A stretch of DNA of 64,000 nt from Clostridia bacterium (GTDB lineage Bacteria > Bacillota > Clostridia > Oscillospirales > CAG-272): NCBI GenBank assembly GCA_017483195.1, contig JAFULR010000016.1:7169-71168 (forward strand), given 5' to 3'. Within the stretch, counting starts at the first letter, position 1, and each line of letters begins with the position of its first letter. The notes under the pieces are model-generated. The model was not told the DNA's origin and did no database searches. It saw only the letters and a program-made list of their open reading frames with translations. The position numbers and the translations under genes were made by a program. Below, piece after piece: positions 54,476 through 64,000 of this stretch.

Positions 54476-56077
54476 ATGTCTAAAAAGCAAAAAACAGTTG
54501 AGCTTGATGCTAACGGACACCGCAAGTTCGGTATTCGCGACAAGCTCGCTTATGCAGCCGGCGACGCAGGCTGTAACATGAGCTTTTCTCTTAAGGGAAC
54601 AGTTCAGACCTTCTGGCTTGTTTACATGATGATGGAAACAGGTCTCTTCTCACTCCTTCTTCTTCTTGTTCAGGTGTGGGACGCAATTAATGACCCCCTC
54701 ATCGGTACTCTTATTGATAATGACAAGAGAAAGTACAAAATGGGTAAGTATAAAACTTACATATTCATTGGTGCTTGCGGCTTGCTTGTTGGTGGAGCAG
54801 CAGTTTTCCTTCCTTTCCCCGATGCAGATACCATTGTTAAGGTTGTTCTTTTCATTCTTGGTTATATCGTTTGGGATGCTGCTTATACAATGGCAAACGT
54901 TCCTTACGGCACGATGCTTAACATCGTTACCGAGGACGACCAGGAAAGAGCTTCTCTCTCCGTATTCAGATCCATCGGTGGTGCAGTGGGCGGTATGCTT
55001 CCCGGAATCATTCTTCCTATGCTTATCTGGCAGAAGGTTACTTTTGATCCCAGCAACCCCACTTGGTTCCTTGACAGAATTGAGATTCCCGAAGGCGCAG
55101 AAAGCGCATTTTCTCCCGACAAATTCCTTACTAATCCCAAGACAGGCTTGCCTTACGTTGAGGGTGACGCAGTGCTCAGCCCCTTGACACACAGCCAGCT
55201 TGAAATCCTTCTTGGTGACAGAGTTTTCTGGGCAGCTCTTATCATGGGTGTTCTTGGCTTCGTATTCTTTATGCTTATGCTCAAGAATATCACTATTCGT
55301 GGCAACGAGTATGCTAAGCTTAATGATGAAGGCGGCGAAAAGGTTAACCTTTTGAAGTCCTTCGGCACATTTATCAAGAACCGTCCTGCAGTTGGTTGTA
55401 CAATCGCTGCTATGGGTATGTTCCTTGGTATGCAGTCCGCATCTACTGCTACAACCATCATGTTTGCTACACACTTTGGTCAGGCATCTCTTTCCGGTCT
55501 TGTGCAGTTGGTAGGATTCCTTCCTATGTTCATTTTCATGCCATTTGCTACAAAGCTTGTTAAGAAGCACGGTAAGAAAGAGGTTGCATCTATCGGTTCT
55601 ATCGCAGGACTTGTAGGCGGTGCTATTCTTTGCATCTTCCCCCTTTGTCCTCAGAACGTTCAGCTCGTTGTTTACATGATCGGTCTTATTTTCTTCGGTC
55701 TTGGTATGGGCTTCTATAACTGCGTATCCTGGGCTATGATGGGTGATGCTATCGATTACCAGGAATGGAAGACGGGTAAGAGAGAAGAAAGCGTTGTTTA
55801 CGCACTTCACTCCTTCTTCAGAAAGCTTGCTCAGGGTGTTGGTCCTGCAGCTGTAATCGCTCTTATGGGTACTCCCATTATCGGTTACGTTTCCGCACTT
55901 GGTACAGTAGGCCAGTCTCCCGAAACAGCAGCAAGACTTTGCTGGCTTGTTGCAGGCCTTTATACGTTGAGTGCAGTATGCCAGTTTGTAGGTATTGCTC
56001 TTGTTTATAATATCGACAGAAAGACACTTGCAACAATGAAGGCGGACCTTGCAGCTCGTCACGCTGAAAACGCTTAA
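54476..56077 (+). CDS. MFS glycoside-pentoside-hexuronide (GPH):cation symporter
   Basis: DKLAYAAGD.G.N, WDAINDPLIG, NVPYG, DAIDYQEWKTGKREE, FFRKLAQG; divergent from the GH2 gene. Confidence 0.92.
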   Translation: MSKKQKTVELDANGHRKFGIRDKLAYAAGDAGCNMSFSLKGTVQTFWLVYMMMETGLFSLLLLLVQVWDAINDPLIGTLIDNDKRKYKMGKYKTYIFIGACGLLVGGAAVFLPFPDADTIVKVVLFILGYIVWDAAYTMANVPYGTMLNIVTEDDQERASLSVFRSIGGAVGGMLPGIILPMLIWQKVTFDPSNPTWFLDRIEIPEGAESAFSPDKFLTNPKTGLPYVEGDAVLSPLTHSQLEILLGDRVFWAALIMGVLGFVFFMLMLKNITIRGNEYAKLNDEGGEKVNLLKSFGTFIKNRPAVGCTIAAMGMFLGMQSASTATTIMFATHFGQASLSGLVQLVGFLPMFIFMPFATKLVKKHGKKEVASIGSIAGLVGGAILCIFPLCPQNVQLVVYMIGLIFFGLGMGFYNCVSWAMMGDAIDYQEWKTGKREESVVYALHSFFRKLAQGVGPAAVIALMGTPIIGYVSALGTVGQSPETAARLCWLVAGLYTLSAVCQFVGIALVYNIDRKTLATMKADLAARHAENA

Positions 56078-56111
56078 TTTTAGGCATAATTAATCTATCA
56101 ATTAAAAATAT

Positions 56112-56146
56112 ACCCCGACGGTATTTCCGTCGGGGTTTGTTTTTTT
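56112..56146. terminator. Terminator between convergent genes
   Basis: ACCCCGACGG-tattt-CCGTCGGGGT followed by a T-run. Confidence 0.75.
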
Positions 56147-56807
56147 ATTCAAATAAGTTCCAAGGCTTTTGGCTAAGGTCGGGCGCGCTTTCAAATTCAT
56201 AGCTCTTGCCCTTATAGATAAAGGCTATTTTACTTGCCCAAAGTGCAAAATTAGGCGCTTTTTCACGCGAGCCGTATTTTCCGTCACCGTATATTGGCAT
56301 TCCTCTTGATGAGAGCTGAGCACGGATCTGATGAAACCTACCTGTGTTCAGGGTGATGCGAAGCAGGGAAAAGATTTTATCGTCTTCTGAAACGGTTTGC
56401 AACGTTTTAAAATCAAGGCTTGCAAGCTTTGCTCCTTTGCGCTCGCTTTTGACAACAAATGCTTTTTTTTGCGCACTGTCCTTGAAAAGGTAGTCCGTCA
56501 TATTTCCGCTTTCGTTTTCGGGTCTTCCCGAAATCACGGCGAGATATTCCTTCTGAAAGCCGTCTTTTTCCGCAACAAGGCGAGAAAAGGATGCAGCGGC
56601 TTCCTTGTTTCGTGCATATATGATCAAGCCCCCCGTGGATCTGTCAAGACGGTGGACGACGAAGATATCGCTTTTTTCACCGTTTTTTATAAGCTTCTCG
56701 GACAAAAGCGCCGTCATATCAACACAGCCCGACGGATCGGGCTGTGACGGTATTCCTTGCGGCTTTACGCAAGCTATAAAATCTTTATTTTTAAAAAGGA
56801 TATTCAT
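56145..56807 (-). CDS. RluA family pseudouridine synthase
   Basis: KPQG, VHRLDRSTGG, KEYLA, TGRFHQIRAQLS, PIYGDGKYG. Confidence 0.95.
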   Translation of the reverse strand: MNILFKNKDFIACVKPQGIPSQPDPSGCVDMTALLSEKLIKNGEKSDIFVVHRLDRSTGGLIIYARNKEAAASFSRLVAEKDGFQKEYLAVISGRPENESGNMTDYLFKDSAQKKAFVVKSERKGAKLASLDFKTLQTVSEDDKIFSLLRITLNTGRFHQIRAQLSSRGMPIYGDGKYGSREKAPNFALWASKIAFIYKGKSYEFESAPDLSQKPWNLFE

Positions 56808-57346
56808 TATTCCGAATAAACCGCGGGATCGAGAACGTAGATCTCTTTTTCGTTTCTGTAGAGCTCGTCATAGTCAAGACCGTAGCCAACCACAAACTCA
56901 TCAGGAATTGTGAAGCAACAGTAGTCGGGAGTGAGATCCACCTTCCTGCGCGAGGGTTTGTCAAGAAGAGTGCAGATCTTGATGGATGCAGGCTGACGGG
57001 ATGAGAGCAATCTCTTAAGATAGGAGAGAGTGTTTCCGCTATCGATAATGTCCTCAACTATGATAACGTGCTTGCCGTTTATGGTCTTGTCAAGGTCCTT
57101 GAGCATTTTTACCTCGCCCGAGGACGTTGTACCTGCCCCGTAGCTTGAAATGGACATAAAGTCCATTGTAAGAGGAAGGTCAATTTCACGCGTAAGATCG
57201 GAATAGAAGTGGACGCTACCCTTAAGTATGCACACGAAAAGTACACTTTCACCCTTGTAATCCTCTGTGATGCGAGCGGCGACCTCTTTGACCTTTGCTG
57301 CGATCTCTTCCTTGGTTATAAGCACTTTTGCAAAATCCTTTTTCAT
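56807..57346 (-). CDS. hpt: Hypoxanthine phosphoribosyltransferase
   Basis: ILKGS, VIIVEDIIDSGNTL, LLDKPSRR, FVVGYGLDY. Confidence 0.97.
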   Translation of the reverse strand: MKKDFAKVLITKEEIAAKVKEVAARITEDYKGESVLFVCILKGSVHFYSDLTREIDLPLTMDFMSISSYGAGTTSSGEVKMLKDLDKTINGKHVIIVEDIIDSGNTLSYLKRLLSSRQPASIKICTLLDKPSRRKVDLTPDYCCFTIPDEFVVGYGLDYDELYRNEKEIYVLDPAVYSE

Positions 57347-57528
57347 AATATCCTCCAAAATGATATTCAAAAAATACAAAAACAGTATATCACAAATTTC
57401 GCTGCGTTTCAATAAGATTTGATAAAATAATTTAACAATAATTGATAAATCAATTCTTCAATTCCCTTGACAAGTCTTTAATATCGTGTTAAAATAAAAT
57501 GAATAAATTTGTAGTTTTTGAAAGGCAA

Positions 57529-58857
57529 ATGATGAAAATTGGATTTGTTTCACTCGGTTGTCCCAAAAATCAGCTTGATGCTGAGGTGATGCTTCACGAG
57601 CTTGTGATGGCAGGATATGAGATCACACCCGACGAGACCGAGGCAGACGTTGTAATTATAAATACCTGCGGATTTATCGAATCCGCTAAAAAAGAGGCTA
57701 TAGACAATATTCTTGATATCGCTTGGCTGAAGGAAAATCGTGATCTTAAGGGACTCGTAGTTACGGGGTGCCTTGCTGAAAGATACCGCAACGATATTCT
57801 TGATGAATTTCCCGAGGTGGATGCCGCTCTCGGAGTTGGTAGCATACATAATATAGTAGAAGCAGTCGGAAAAGTGCTTGAGGGTGAAAAATATTCCTCG
57901 TTTGAGGATAAAAACTGCGTTCGTCTTGGTGGCGACAGAGTTTTGACCACACCCGAATTTGCTACCTATCTTAAAATCGCAGAGGGCTGCGATAACCGTT
58001 GCACCTACTGTGCTATCCCATCTATCAGAGGAAAATTCCGTTCCCGTCCCATGGAGGATATAATTGCCGAAGCGAAGGATCTTGAGCGTCTTGGATGTAA
58101 GGAATTGACCCTTGTTGCGCAGGATACCACGCGCTACGGTCAGGATCTTTACGGAGAGTATAAGCTTGCGGAGCTTCTTCACAAGCTGAGCGAGGAGACT
58201 GATATCCCGTGGTTCAGAATTCTTTATTGCTACCCCGATAAGATCACCGACGAGCTTATCGCGGAAATGCGCGATAACGACAGAGTTTGCAAATATATCG
58301 ACCTTCCCATGCAGCATATCGCCGACGGAGTTCTTAAAAAAATGAACCGTCACGGCGGCAGTGCGGTAATTCGCGACGCGGTGGCGAGACTTAGAAAAGA
58401 GATCCCGGAAGTTGTTATAAGAACGACATTTATCGTTGGCTTCCCCGGTGAGACTGATGAAGATTTTACATCTCTTTGCGAATTTGTAAACGAACAGAGA
58501 TTTGAGCATCTCGGTGTGTTTACGTATTCAAGAGAGGAGGGCACTCCCGCTTATAAGATGGAGCAGATTGATGAGCAGATAAAGCTTGATCGCTACGATA
58601 TCATTATGAGGGATCAGCTTCTTATCAATGAGGAATACAACGAAAAGAAGCTCGGAAGGATGCTCAAGGTGCTTTGCGAGGGCTATGACCCCATAAGCGA
58701 AACTTACTACGGCAGAAGCGAAGCGGATGCTCCCGATATCGACGGAAAGGTTTATTTCAAGGGGAAGAAGGGTCTTCCCGCGGGCTCATTTGTTGACGTG
58801 CTTGTTGAAGAGGTTATAGAATACGACCTTTTCGGAAAATTAGTGAATGTTTATTGA
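57529..58857 (+). CDS. rimO: Ribosomal protein S12 methylthiotransferase
   Basis: SLGCPKN..D.E, NTCGFIESAKKE, YLKIAEGCDNRCTYCAIP, DAPDIDG. Confidence 0.96.
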   Translation: MMKIGFVSLGCPKNQLDAEVMLHELVMAGYEITPDETEADVVIINTCGFIESAKKEAIDNILDIAWLKENRDLKGLVVTGCLAERYRNDILDEFPEVDAALGVGSIHNIVEAVGKVLEGEKYSSFEDKNCVRLGGDRVLTTPEFATYLKIAEGCDNRCTYCAIPSIRGKFRSRPMEDIIAEAKDLERLGCKELTLVAQDTTRYGQDLYGEYKLAELLHKLSEETDIPWFRILYCYPDKITDELIAEMRDNDRVCKYIDLPMQHIADGVLKKMNRHGGSAVIRDAVARLRKEIPEVVIRTTFIVGFPGETDEDFTSLCEFVNEQRFEHLGVFTYSREEGTPAYKMEQIDEQIKLDRYDIIMRDQLLINEEYNEKKLGRMLKVLCEGYDPISETYYGRSEADAPDIDGKVYFKGKKGLPAGSFVDVLVEEVIEYDLFGKLVNVY

Positions 58858-58875
58858 TATAGAAAGGATTTTGCT

Positions 58876-59463
58876 ATGAATTTACCTAACAAATTGACGG
58901 TTTTGCGTTTGTGTCTTGTTCCTGTTATAATTGTGGAATTGCTTTTACCTGTTAATACTGTTACAAATATTTTGGGCGCATTGATCTTCCTTGCTACCGC
59001 TCTTACGGATATGCTTGACGGAAAAATTGCGCGTGCGCAGGGTCTTGTGACCGATTTTGGTAAATTCCTTGATCCTCTGGCAGATAAATTTATGTGCATT
59101 TCTGCTATGATGTGCATTATGTACCGTTCTCATAACGTTGAGCTTATATTCAATATGTTTATGGTGCTTGTAATGGTAACGGTATTCCGTGAGCTTGCGG
59201 TGGCATCTATACGTCTTATCGCGGCTAAGAACGCGAATATAGTGGTTGCGGCAAATATGCTTGGTAAGATCAAGACCGTTTCGCAAATCGTATGTATTAT
59301 GGCGGCTCTGCTCGAGCCCGTGCTTGCTAAGGTGAGCTTCCTCTCCTTATTTGGCTATTATCCCATTACAGTAATTTCCTCGCTCATAACACTCGTAATG
59401 ACCGTGTGGAGCGGCGTGGTCTATATCAAGACCTATTGGAAATATCTTGATAATAATATGTAA
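58876..59463 (+). CDS. pgsA: CDP-diacylglycerol--glycerol-3-phosphate 3-phosphatidyltransferase
   Basis: MNLPNKLT..R, TDMLDGKIAR..GLVTDFGKFLDPLADK, GKIKTV.Q. Confidence 0.95.
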   Translation: MNLPNKLTVLRLCLVPVIIVELLLPVNTVTNILGALIFLATALTDMLDGKIARAQGLVTDFGKFLDPLADKFMCISAMMCIMYRSHNVELIFNMFMVLVMVTVFRELAVASIRLIAAKNANIVVAANMLGKIKTVSQIVCIMAALLEPVLAKVSFLSLFGYYPITVISSLITLVMTVWSGVVYIKTYWKYLDNNM

Positions 59464-59537
59464 AAGTAAAAAAGTCTGCCCGATAGAGCAGACTTTTTGC
59501 TCATTTGCAAAAAATAAAAGGATGGAGGCAAACAAGC

Positions 59538-60932
59538 ATGAAAAACAGAATAATATTAGTATTTGTATTGTTGATCATTTGTGCGTTCTTTTGCTCTTGC
59601 ACTATAAACCCGCACGCATTTGATTGGGATCTTTTTGGAATATCTCACGAGGTGACGTATATAAACGGGCAGACCGTCATTACTTGGACATCAACGGGAG
59701 CATACGAGCACCAACCGAACGGGATCCATGACGGTATGGTGAGTATAAAATTCTACGAGGACGGTACAGTTGATTTCAAGCCTTATGACTCGGAGATGCT
59801 GCACGGTACATATACCTTAAAGCACAATGGCTTAAAGGACACTAATTTTACCGTAATATTCGAAAACGGTGAAAAAATAGAGAACGGATACGCCGTAGGC
59901 TATTATTATAATGATGAACTGAACTTCGATTTCCGAGGTATAAGGTATAGATTTACAACAGGTTCGCACGGATGCACTGAAGAGGAATACGATAAAGAGC
60001 GCGCTTCTCTTGTCGATTGGATACGAAGGGGAGGAACATCTGTCCGTGCAGGAAAGGTGACGCTTAACGAAAGCGGTGCCGAGCTTAGCTCCGAATCTCT
60101 TGAAAGCAATATCGATCTTTACGGTGAAAATTGCGCATTGACTGTTATGCAGATAACGTCTGAGAACGAGCTGTTAACACTTGACGAAATAAAAGAGGGC
60201 GAATGCGTTTTTTATGAGTTTTTAGATACAAAGCAACCGCACGGTAAAGCAATACATACGGTGGTGATATACTATATTGAACCGTTGCCCGAGGATCTTA
60301 CACCGCCAACGCCTGCGGAATATTCCCTTGAAGATATCATACCGCGGCTTGAATACTATTTCGAGCATTCCGATGAGAGCAGGATAAAGGTTTCAAGATC
60401 TCTGTCTCCCATTCAGCCCGGGCAGAATGACTATCACAAATATTATACCGAGCAAGCGGATATTGAACGTTATATTTCTGCTTTGAAAGAAATAACGCTT
60501 ACCGAAGAGCTTGATGAACCCATCTTTGGCGATATTGAAATGGTTTATACCGTGCGATTTAGTCATATCGAGGGTCTAAAGAACGACGCGGTAATAAAGT
60601 TGATAGGTGACTACGTAAAGCTTGGCGATAAATATTACCGAGTAAGCTCATTTCCAAGGTTTGAGTATGAAGGTGCGGTGATGACCTTTACAATGCTGAA
60701 TAACGATCTTAAGGTTTACAGCAAGGATGAATATATGTACGATGCGGATGGATATTTACTCGACGTTGAGTTTATTGTTGATCCTGAGGACTATGAATAT
60801 ATGCCGTCCCACTATACGCTTACCCTTGTGTGCGAGCTTGGGGAGATAACCGTTTACGATAATACTCATTTTTGGTACAAGGGACAGTTCTATCTTGTCG
60901 TGAGTGAAAAGAATTTTTCCGAGTTTTATTAA
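59538..60932 (+). CDS. Hypothetical lipoprotein
   Basis: Signal peptide MKNRIILVFVLLIICAFFCS-C (lipobox-like); RBS GGAGG; acidic and Tyr-rich; no family recognised. Confidence 0.7.
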   Translation: MKNRIILVFVLLIICAFFCSCTINPHAFDWDLFGISHEVTYINGQTVITWTSTGAYEHQPNGIHDGMVSIKFYEDGTVDFKPYDSEMLHGTYTLKHNGLKDTNFTVIFENGEKIENGYAVGYYYNDELNFDFRGIRYRFTTGSHGCTEEEYDKERASLVDWIRRGGTSVRAGKVTLNESGAELSSESLESNIDLYGENCALTVMQITSENELLTLDEIKEGECVFYEFLDTKQPHGKAIHTVVIYYIEPLPEDLTPPTPAEYSLEDIIPRLEYYFEHSDESRIKVSRSLSPIQPGQNDYHKYYTEQADIERYISALKEITLTEELDEPIFGDIEMVYTVRFSHIEGLKNDAVIKLIGDYVKLGDKYYRVSSFPRFEYEGAVMTFTMLNNDLKVYSKDEYMYDADGYLLDVEFIVDPEDYEYMPSHYTLTLVCELGEITVYDNTHFWYKGQFYLVVSEKNFSEFY

Positions 60933-60968
60933 TTGAAAGATAAACCGCCCAAAAAAGGGCGGTTTTTA

Positions 60969-61850
60969 TTATAGGCTTGCAATAATTATCCCCACAAGCC
61001 CGAAAAAGAGAGATGCGGTAACGAGCGCGAGTGTAGCGCATTCTTTAGTAAAGCCCCATCTGAGCAGTCTATGGTGGAAATGCCCCTTGTCCGCGCGAAA
61101 TGGATTTTTGCCCTTTATAAGTCGCCGCACAATACTTAAATTAGTATCATACGTTGGCACGCGGAACGCAAGAAGCGTTGCGACAAGGCAGAGTATGTTT
61201 CCGCTTTCAAAAACGAGCCTTGAGGAAAGCGCGCCAAGGGTAAAGCCCAAAAAGAGTGCGCCGCAATCGCCCATAAATATCCTTGCGCGCGGAAAATTTC
61301 GCGGCAAAAATCCTGCGATAGAGCCCAAAAGCGCGAGCGCACAGATAAATACATCTCCGTTTCCAAAGATAAGCGCGAGCGCGCCAAGGCAAAGGGTTTC
61401 GGATGCGGTAATTCCGCCCGCAAGCCCATCAAGTCCATCGCAAAGATTTATCGCGTTGGATAAAAACATAATCCACGCAAATGTCAGAACACTCTGAGCG
61501 AGCGATCTTTCAGCTGATAAAAGAATATAGCATCCCGCTGCCAAAAATTCTCCGGAAAGCTTTTGAAATGGAGTCAAGGGGCGCGCGTCGTCGATAAGCC
61601 CTACTACAAAGATTACTGATCCGCCCACAAGGAGTGGAAGCTTCAGGTCGGCATTTATCGGCATCAGCACCAAAAGCCCCGAAAAGGACATAAAGAACGC
61701 AAATCCGCCTCCTCTTGCGATTGGCTCTGTGTGTATCTTTCTCTGTGATGGAACATCAATCGCACCAAGCCTTTTGGAAATGGCAAGGGATGGGAAAAAC
61801 ATAACGAACGATGTTAAAAGTGCTATCCAAAATATACCAAAATACATCAA
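60969..61850 (-). CDS. Undecaprenyl-phosphate GlcNAc-1-phosphate transferase (MraY/WecA/TagO family)
   Basis: D.PSQRKIH..P..R.GG, GLIDD, NAINLCDGLDGLA, IFMGDCGA, ADKGHFHHRL. Confidence 0.92.
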   Translation of the reverse strand: MMYFGIFWIALLTSFVMFFPSLAISKRLGAIDVPSQRKIHTEPIARGGGFAFFMSFSGLLVLMPINADLKLPLLVGGSVIFVVGLIDDARPLTPFQKLSGEFLAAGCYILLSAERSLAQSVLTFAWIMFLSNAINLCDGLDGLAGGITASETLCLGALALIFGNGDVFICALALLGSIAGFLPRNFPRARIFMGDCGALFLGFTLGALSSRLVFESGNILCLVATLLAFRVPTYDTNLSIVRRLIKGKNPFRADKGHFHHRLLRWGFTKECATLALVTASLFFGLVGIIIASL

Positions 61851-61903
61851 AATAAAAACCCCTTTGATTATGTATCAAAGGGGTTGCTGTATGTAATATT
61901 AAA

Positions 61904-62902
61904 CTATATCTGCACGAAGCCGAGCTTTTTCTTAACCTTGGAAAGAGTCTTTCTTGCGTAGTAGGAAGCCTCGTCCGCGCCCTTCTTCATCTGTGCCTCA
62001 AGGAATGCCTTGTCGGAAATGATCTCATTGTATCTCTGCTGAACGGGAGCGAGAGCATCTGCGCAAGCCTCACCTACCGCAAGCTTGAATGTGCCGTAGC
62101 CCTGACCCTCGAATTCGCGTTCGATCTCCTCGATCGTTTTACCCGTGAAGCAGGAGTAGATGGTCATAAGGTTATTGATTCCGTCCTTGCCCTCTGCAAA
62201 GCGCACGCAGGTGTCGGAGTCGGTAACGGCGCGCTTGAACTTCCTGATTATTGTGTCCCTATCGTCAAGAATATATACTACCGCATTCGTATTTTCATCG
62301 GATTTGCTCATCTTTTTTGTGGGGTCGGCAAGAGAATTGATCTTTGCGCCCGATTTTGAGAGCATGGGAGTGGGAATTGTAAAGGTGTCGGGATAGAGCT
62401 GATTGAATCTCGTTGCGATATCACGCGCAAGCTCAAGATGTTGCTTCTGGTCGATGCCTACGGGAACGACGTCCGTCTGGTAAAGAAGAATATCTGCCGC
62501 CATAAGCGCGGGATATGTGAAAAGTCCTGCGTTGATATTGTCCGCGTGGCGAAGACTCTTATCCTTGAACTGAGTCATTCTGGAAAGCTCGCCGAATCCC
62601 GTGAAGCAGTTGAGAATCCAAGCGAGGTCCGTGTGCGCGGGCACGTGGCTCTGCACGTAAAGGGTGTTCTTCTCGGGATCAAGTCCGCAAGCCATATAGA
62701 GCGCGAGCGTTTCGTACGTTCTTCTGCGAAGCTCCGCAGGAACCTGGCGAACTGTTATTGCGTGGTTGTCAACCACACAGTAGAAGCATTTATATTCCTC
62801 GGAATAACGCGAGAAATTCTGTATCGCGCCGAGGTAGTTTCCTATTGTAAGGTTTCCGGACGGCTGTACGCCGGAAAAGCAAATTTTTTCGTTATTTATC
62901 AT
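61904..62902 (-). CDS. trpS: Tryptophan--tRNA ligase
   Basis: FSGVQPSG.LTIGNYLGA, YPALMAADIL, VPVG.DQKQHLE, KMSKS. Confidence 0.98.
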   Translation of the reverse strand: MINNEKICFSGVQPSGNLTIGNYLGAIQNFSRYSEEYKCFYCVVDNHAITVRQVPAELRRRTYETLALYMACGLDPEKNTLYVQSHVPAHTDLAWILNCFTGFGELSRMTQFKDKSLRHADNINAGLFTYPALMAADILLYQTDVVPVGIDQKQHLELARDIATRFNQLYPDTFTIPTPMLSKSGAKINSLADPTKKMSKSDENTNAVVYILDDRDTIIRKFKRAVTDSDTCVRFAEGKDGINNLMTIYSCFTGKTIEEIEREFEGQGYGTFKLAVGEACADALAPVQQRYNEIISDKAFLEAQMKKGADEASYYARKTLSKVKKKLGFVQI

Positions 62903-63032
62903 ATTATCCTCCAAATAAAGAGTAATTCGTCAATTTTTATAATTGTATCATAAAATCACAAAAAATTCAAGTCATATCTTGAATAATTTATATCTTTATG
63001 TTATAATAAATTAATACTTTTGGAGGTGTGAT

Positions 63033-63668
63033 ATGATTAAGATTGAACGTGTTAGCGTAATGAATTTGGAAAATGCCATAAGAGGCGCAAGAAATCCGCT
63101 TAACAGCTGGGGAAGAAGCGACAGCTCCTATGATGAAAACGGAAATTACGTGCTTGGTCCAAACGATCTTGACCTTGCCATACGTCTTGCAAAGGCGGGT
63201 AACGATCACAGAAAATTTTTGCGTCAGATCTTCGTAAGCGTTGATATTACGGCACCTCTTTATTGGTGGAAGGAATTTGATACTTATAAGGTGGGTACTG
63301 TTGCAAACTCCTGCTCAACAATGCACAAGATACACCATAAGAAATTTGAAAGAGATGATTTCTCCTGCGAGAAAATGGACGAGGGCGCTCTTGCGGTGCT
63401 TGACTCCGTTATTGAGTATATGGAGGGTGAGAGAGTGAAATTCTGTGAGGATAAAAAGAACAAGCAGGCGTGGATCAATATGATTCAGATGCTTCCCACA
63501 TCCTATAATCAGATGAGGACGGTAACGCTCAATTACGAAAATCTCATAAATATGTACTATGCAAGAAGAACTCACAAGCTTCACGAGTGGCACGATCTTT
63601 GCGATTGGATAATGAGCCTGCCCTATGCAGAGCAGCTTATCGCGGTAAAGAGTGAGGATGAAGATTAA
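63033..63668 (+). CDS. Conserved hypothetical protein, possibly a divergent ThyX-like flavoprotein
   Basis: HRKFLR..V.VDITAP.YWW.EFDTYK.GT..NS.STMH and C-terminal LP....Q.RT..LNY..L...Y..R..H.L.EW, reminiscent of the ThyX layout. Confidence 0.5.
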   Translation: MIKIERVSVMNLENAIRGARNPLNSWGRSDSSYDENGNYVLGPNDLDLAIRLAKAGNDHRKFLRQIFVSVDITAPLYWWKEFDTYKVGTVANSCSTMHKIHHKKFERDDFSCEKMDEGALAVLDSVIEYMEGERVKFCEDKKNKQAWINMIQMLPTSYNQMRTVTLNYENLINMYYARRTHKLHEWHDLCDWIMSLPYAEQLIAVKSEDED

Positions 63669-64000
63669 TGTTTGAGCTTATAAATAAAAACGGTGTTTCT
63701 TATTTCAGAAGCACCGTTTTAAAATCCAAGCACTGCTTTTCCACACGTCTTGGCGGATTTTCAATTCTTGATCACACAAGGGGCTTGAATATAGCCTTTG
63801 GGCGGGGTGATGATGACGAAACCGTGTTAAAAAACATTATGGCTATCGAAAAAGCAATTGAGTTGCCGAGTGGAAGAATTATAAGTGTTCCTCAGATACA
63901 CGGCGCAGAGGTAAGATCAGTTACTATGCGTGATGCGGGCGCCGGTGTTTACAAGAAGGCGGAATTTGAGTGCGATGGCTATGTTACCTCCGATTGCGGA
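63668..64000 (+). CDS. pgeF: PgeF/YfiH (laccase-domain) protein, 3' end truncated by the window
   Basis: Own translation from ATG 63668: HCFSTRLGG..., LNIAFGRGDD..V.KN, QIHG, CDG. Confidence 0.8.
   Translation, partial: MFELINKNGVSYFRSTVLKSKHCFSTRLGGFSILDHTRGLNIAFGRGDDDETVLKNIMAIEKAIELPSGRIISVPQIHGAEVRSVTMRDAGAGVYKKAEFECDGYVTSDCG

Noticed and set aside
62903-63032. T-box leader for trpS
   Set aside because: The spacer is only 130 bp, AT-rich and divergent, with no T-box consensus

Overview
A 64 kb chromosomal window from a spore-forming Clostridia-like Firmicute (inferred from spoIIAA-AB-sigF, Firmicute-type rpoB/rpoC/rpsL, sigmaA promoters, and FMN and SAM-I riboswitches). The core genes are rpoBC, the str operon, ribU, metK, recD2-comF, an mreB paralog, pepD, rlmB, rplM-rpsI, hpt, rimO, pgsA and trpS. 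They surround an accessory surface-protein region. The most striking signal is a candidate phase-variable type IV pilin system. Two short segments (31821-32008 and 50320-50484) each carry a perfect TTGACA-17bp-TATAAT promoter pointing away from the downstream genes (OFF state). Each is bracketed by inverted 10-7-10 tyrosine-recombinase-type sites that share arms (GTTCATAC...GTATGAAC) but have locus-specific 7-bp cores. Switch 1 precedes a putative operon: a zinc-ribbon repeat protein, an Ig-like protein, a 1519-aa type IV pilin ending in a Hedgehog/intein (Hint) autoprocessing domain plus an 83-aa tail, a second Ig-like protein and a YwaF/TMEM164-family membrane protein. Switch 2 precedes a 432-aa pilin. 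Two small pilins have a fixed promoter that shares an upstream motif with the two switch promoters. No recombinase or pilus assembly gene lies in the window. The window also holds a REP-associated HUH transposase with REPs inside its own CDS and clusters of nested REP-like repeats. All calls come from reading the sequence and recognising motifs; no searches were run.
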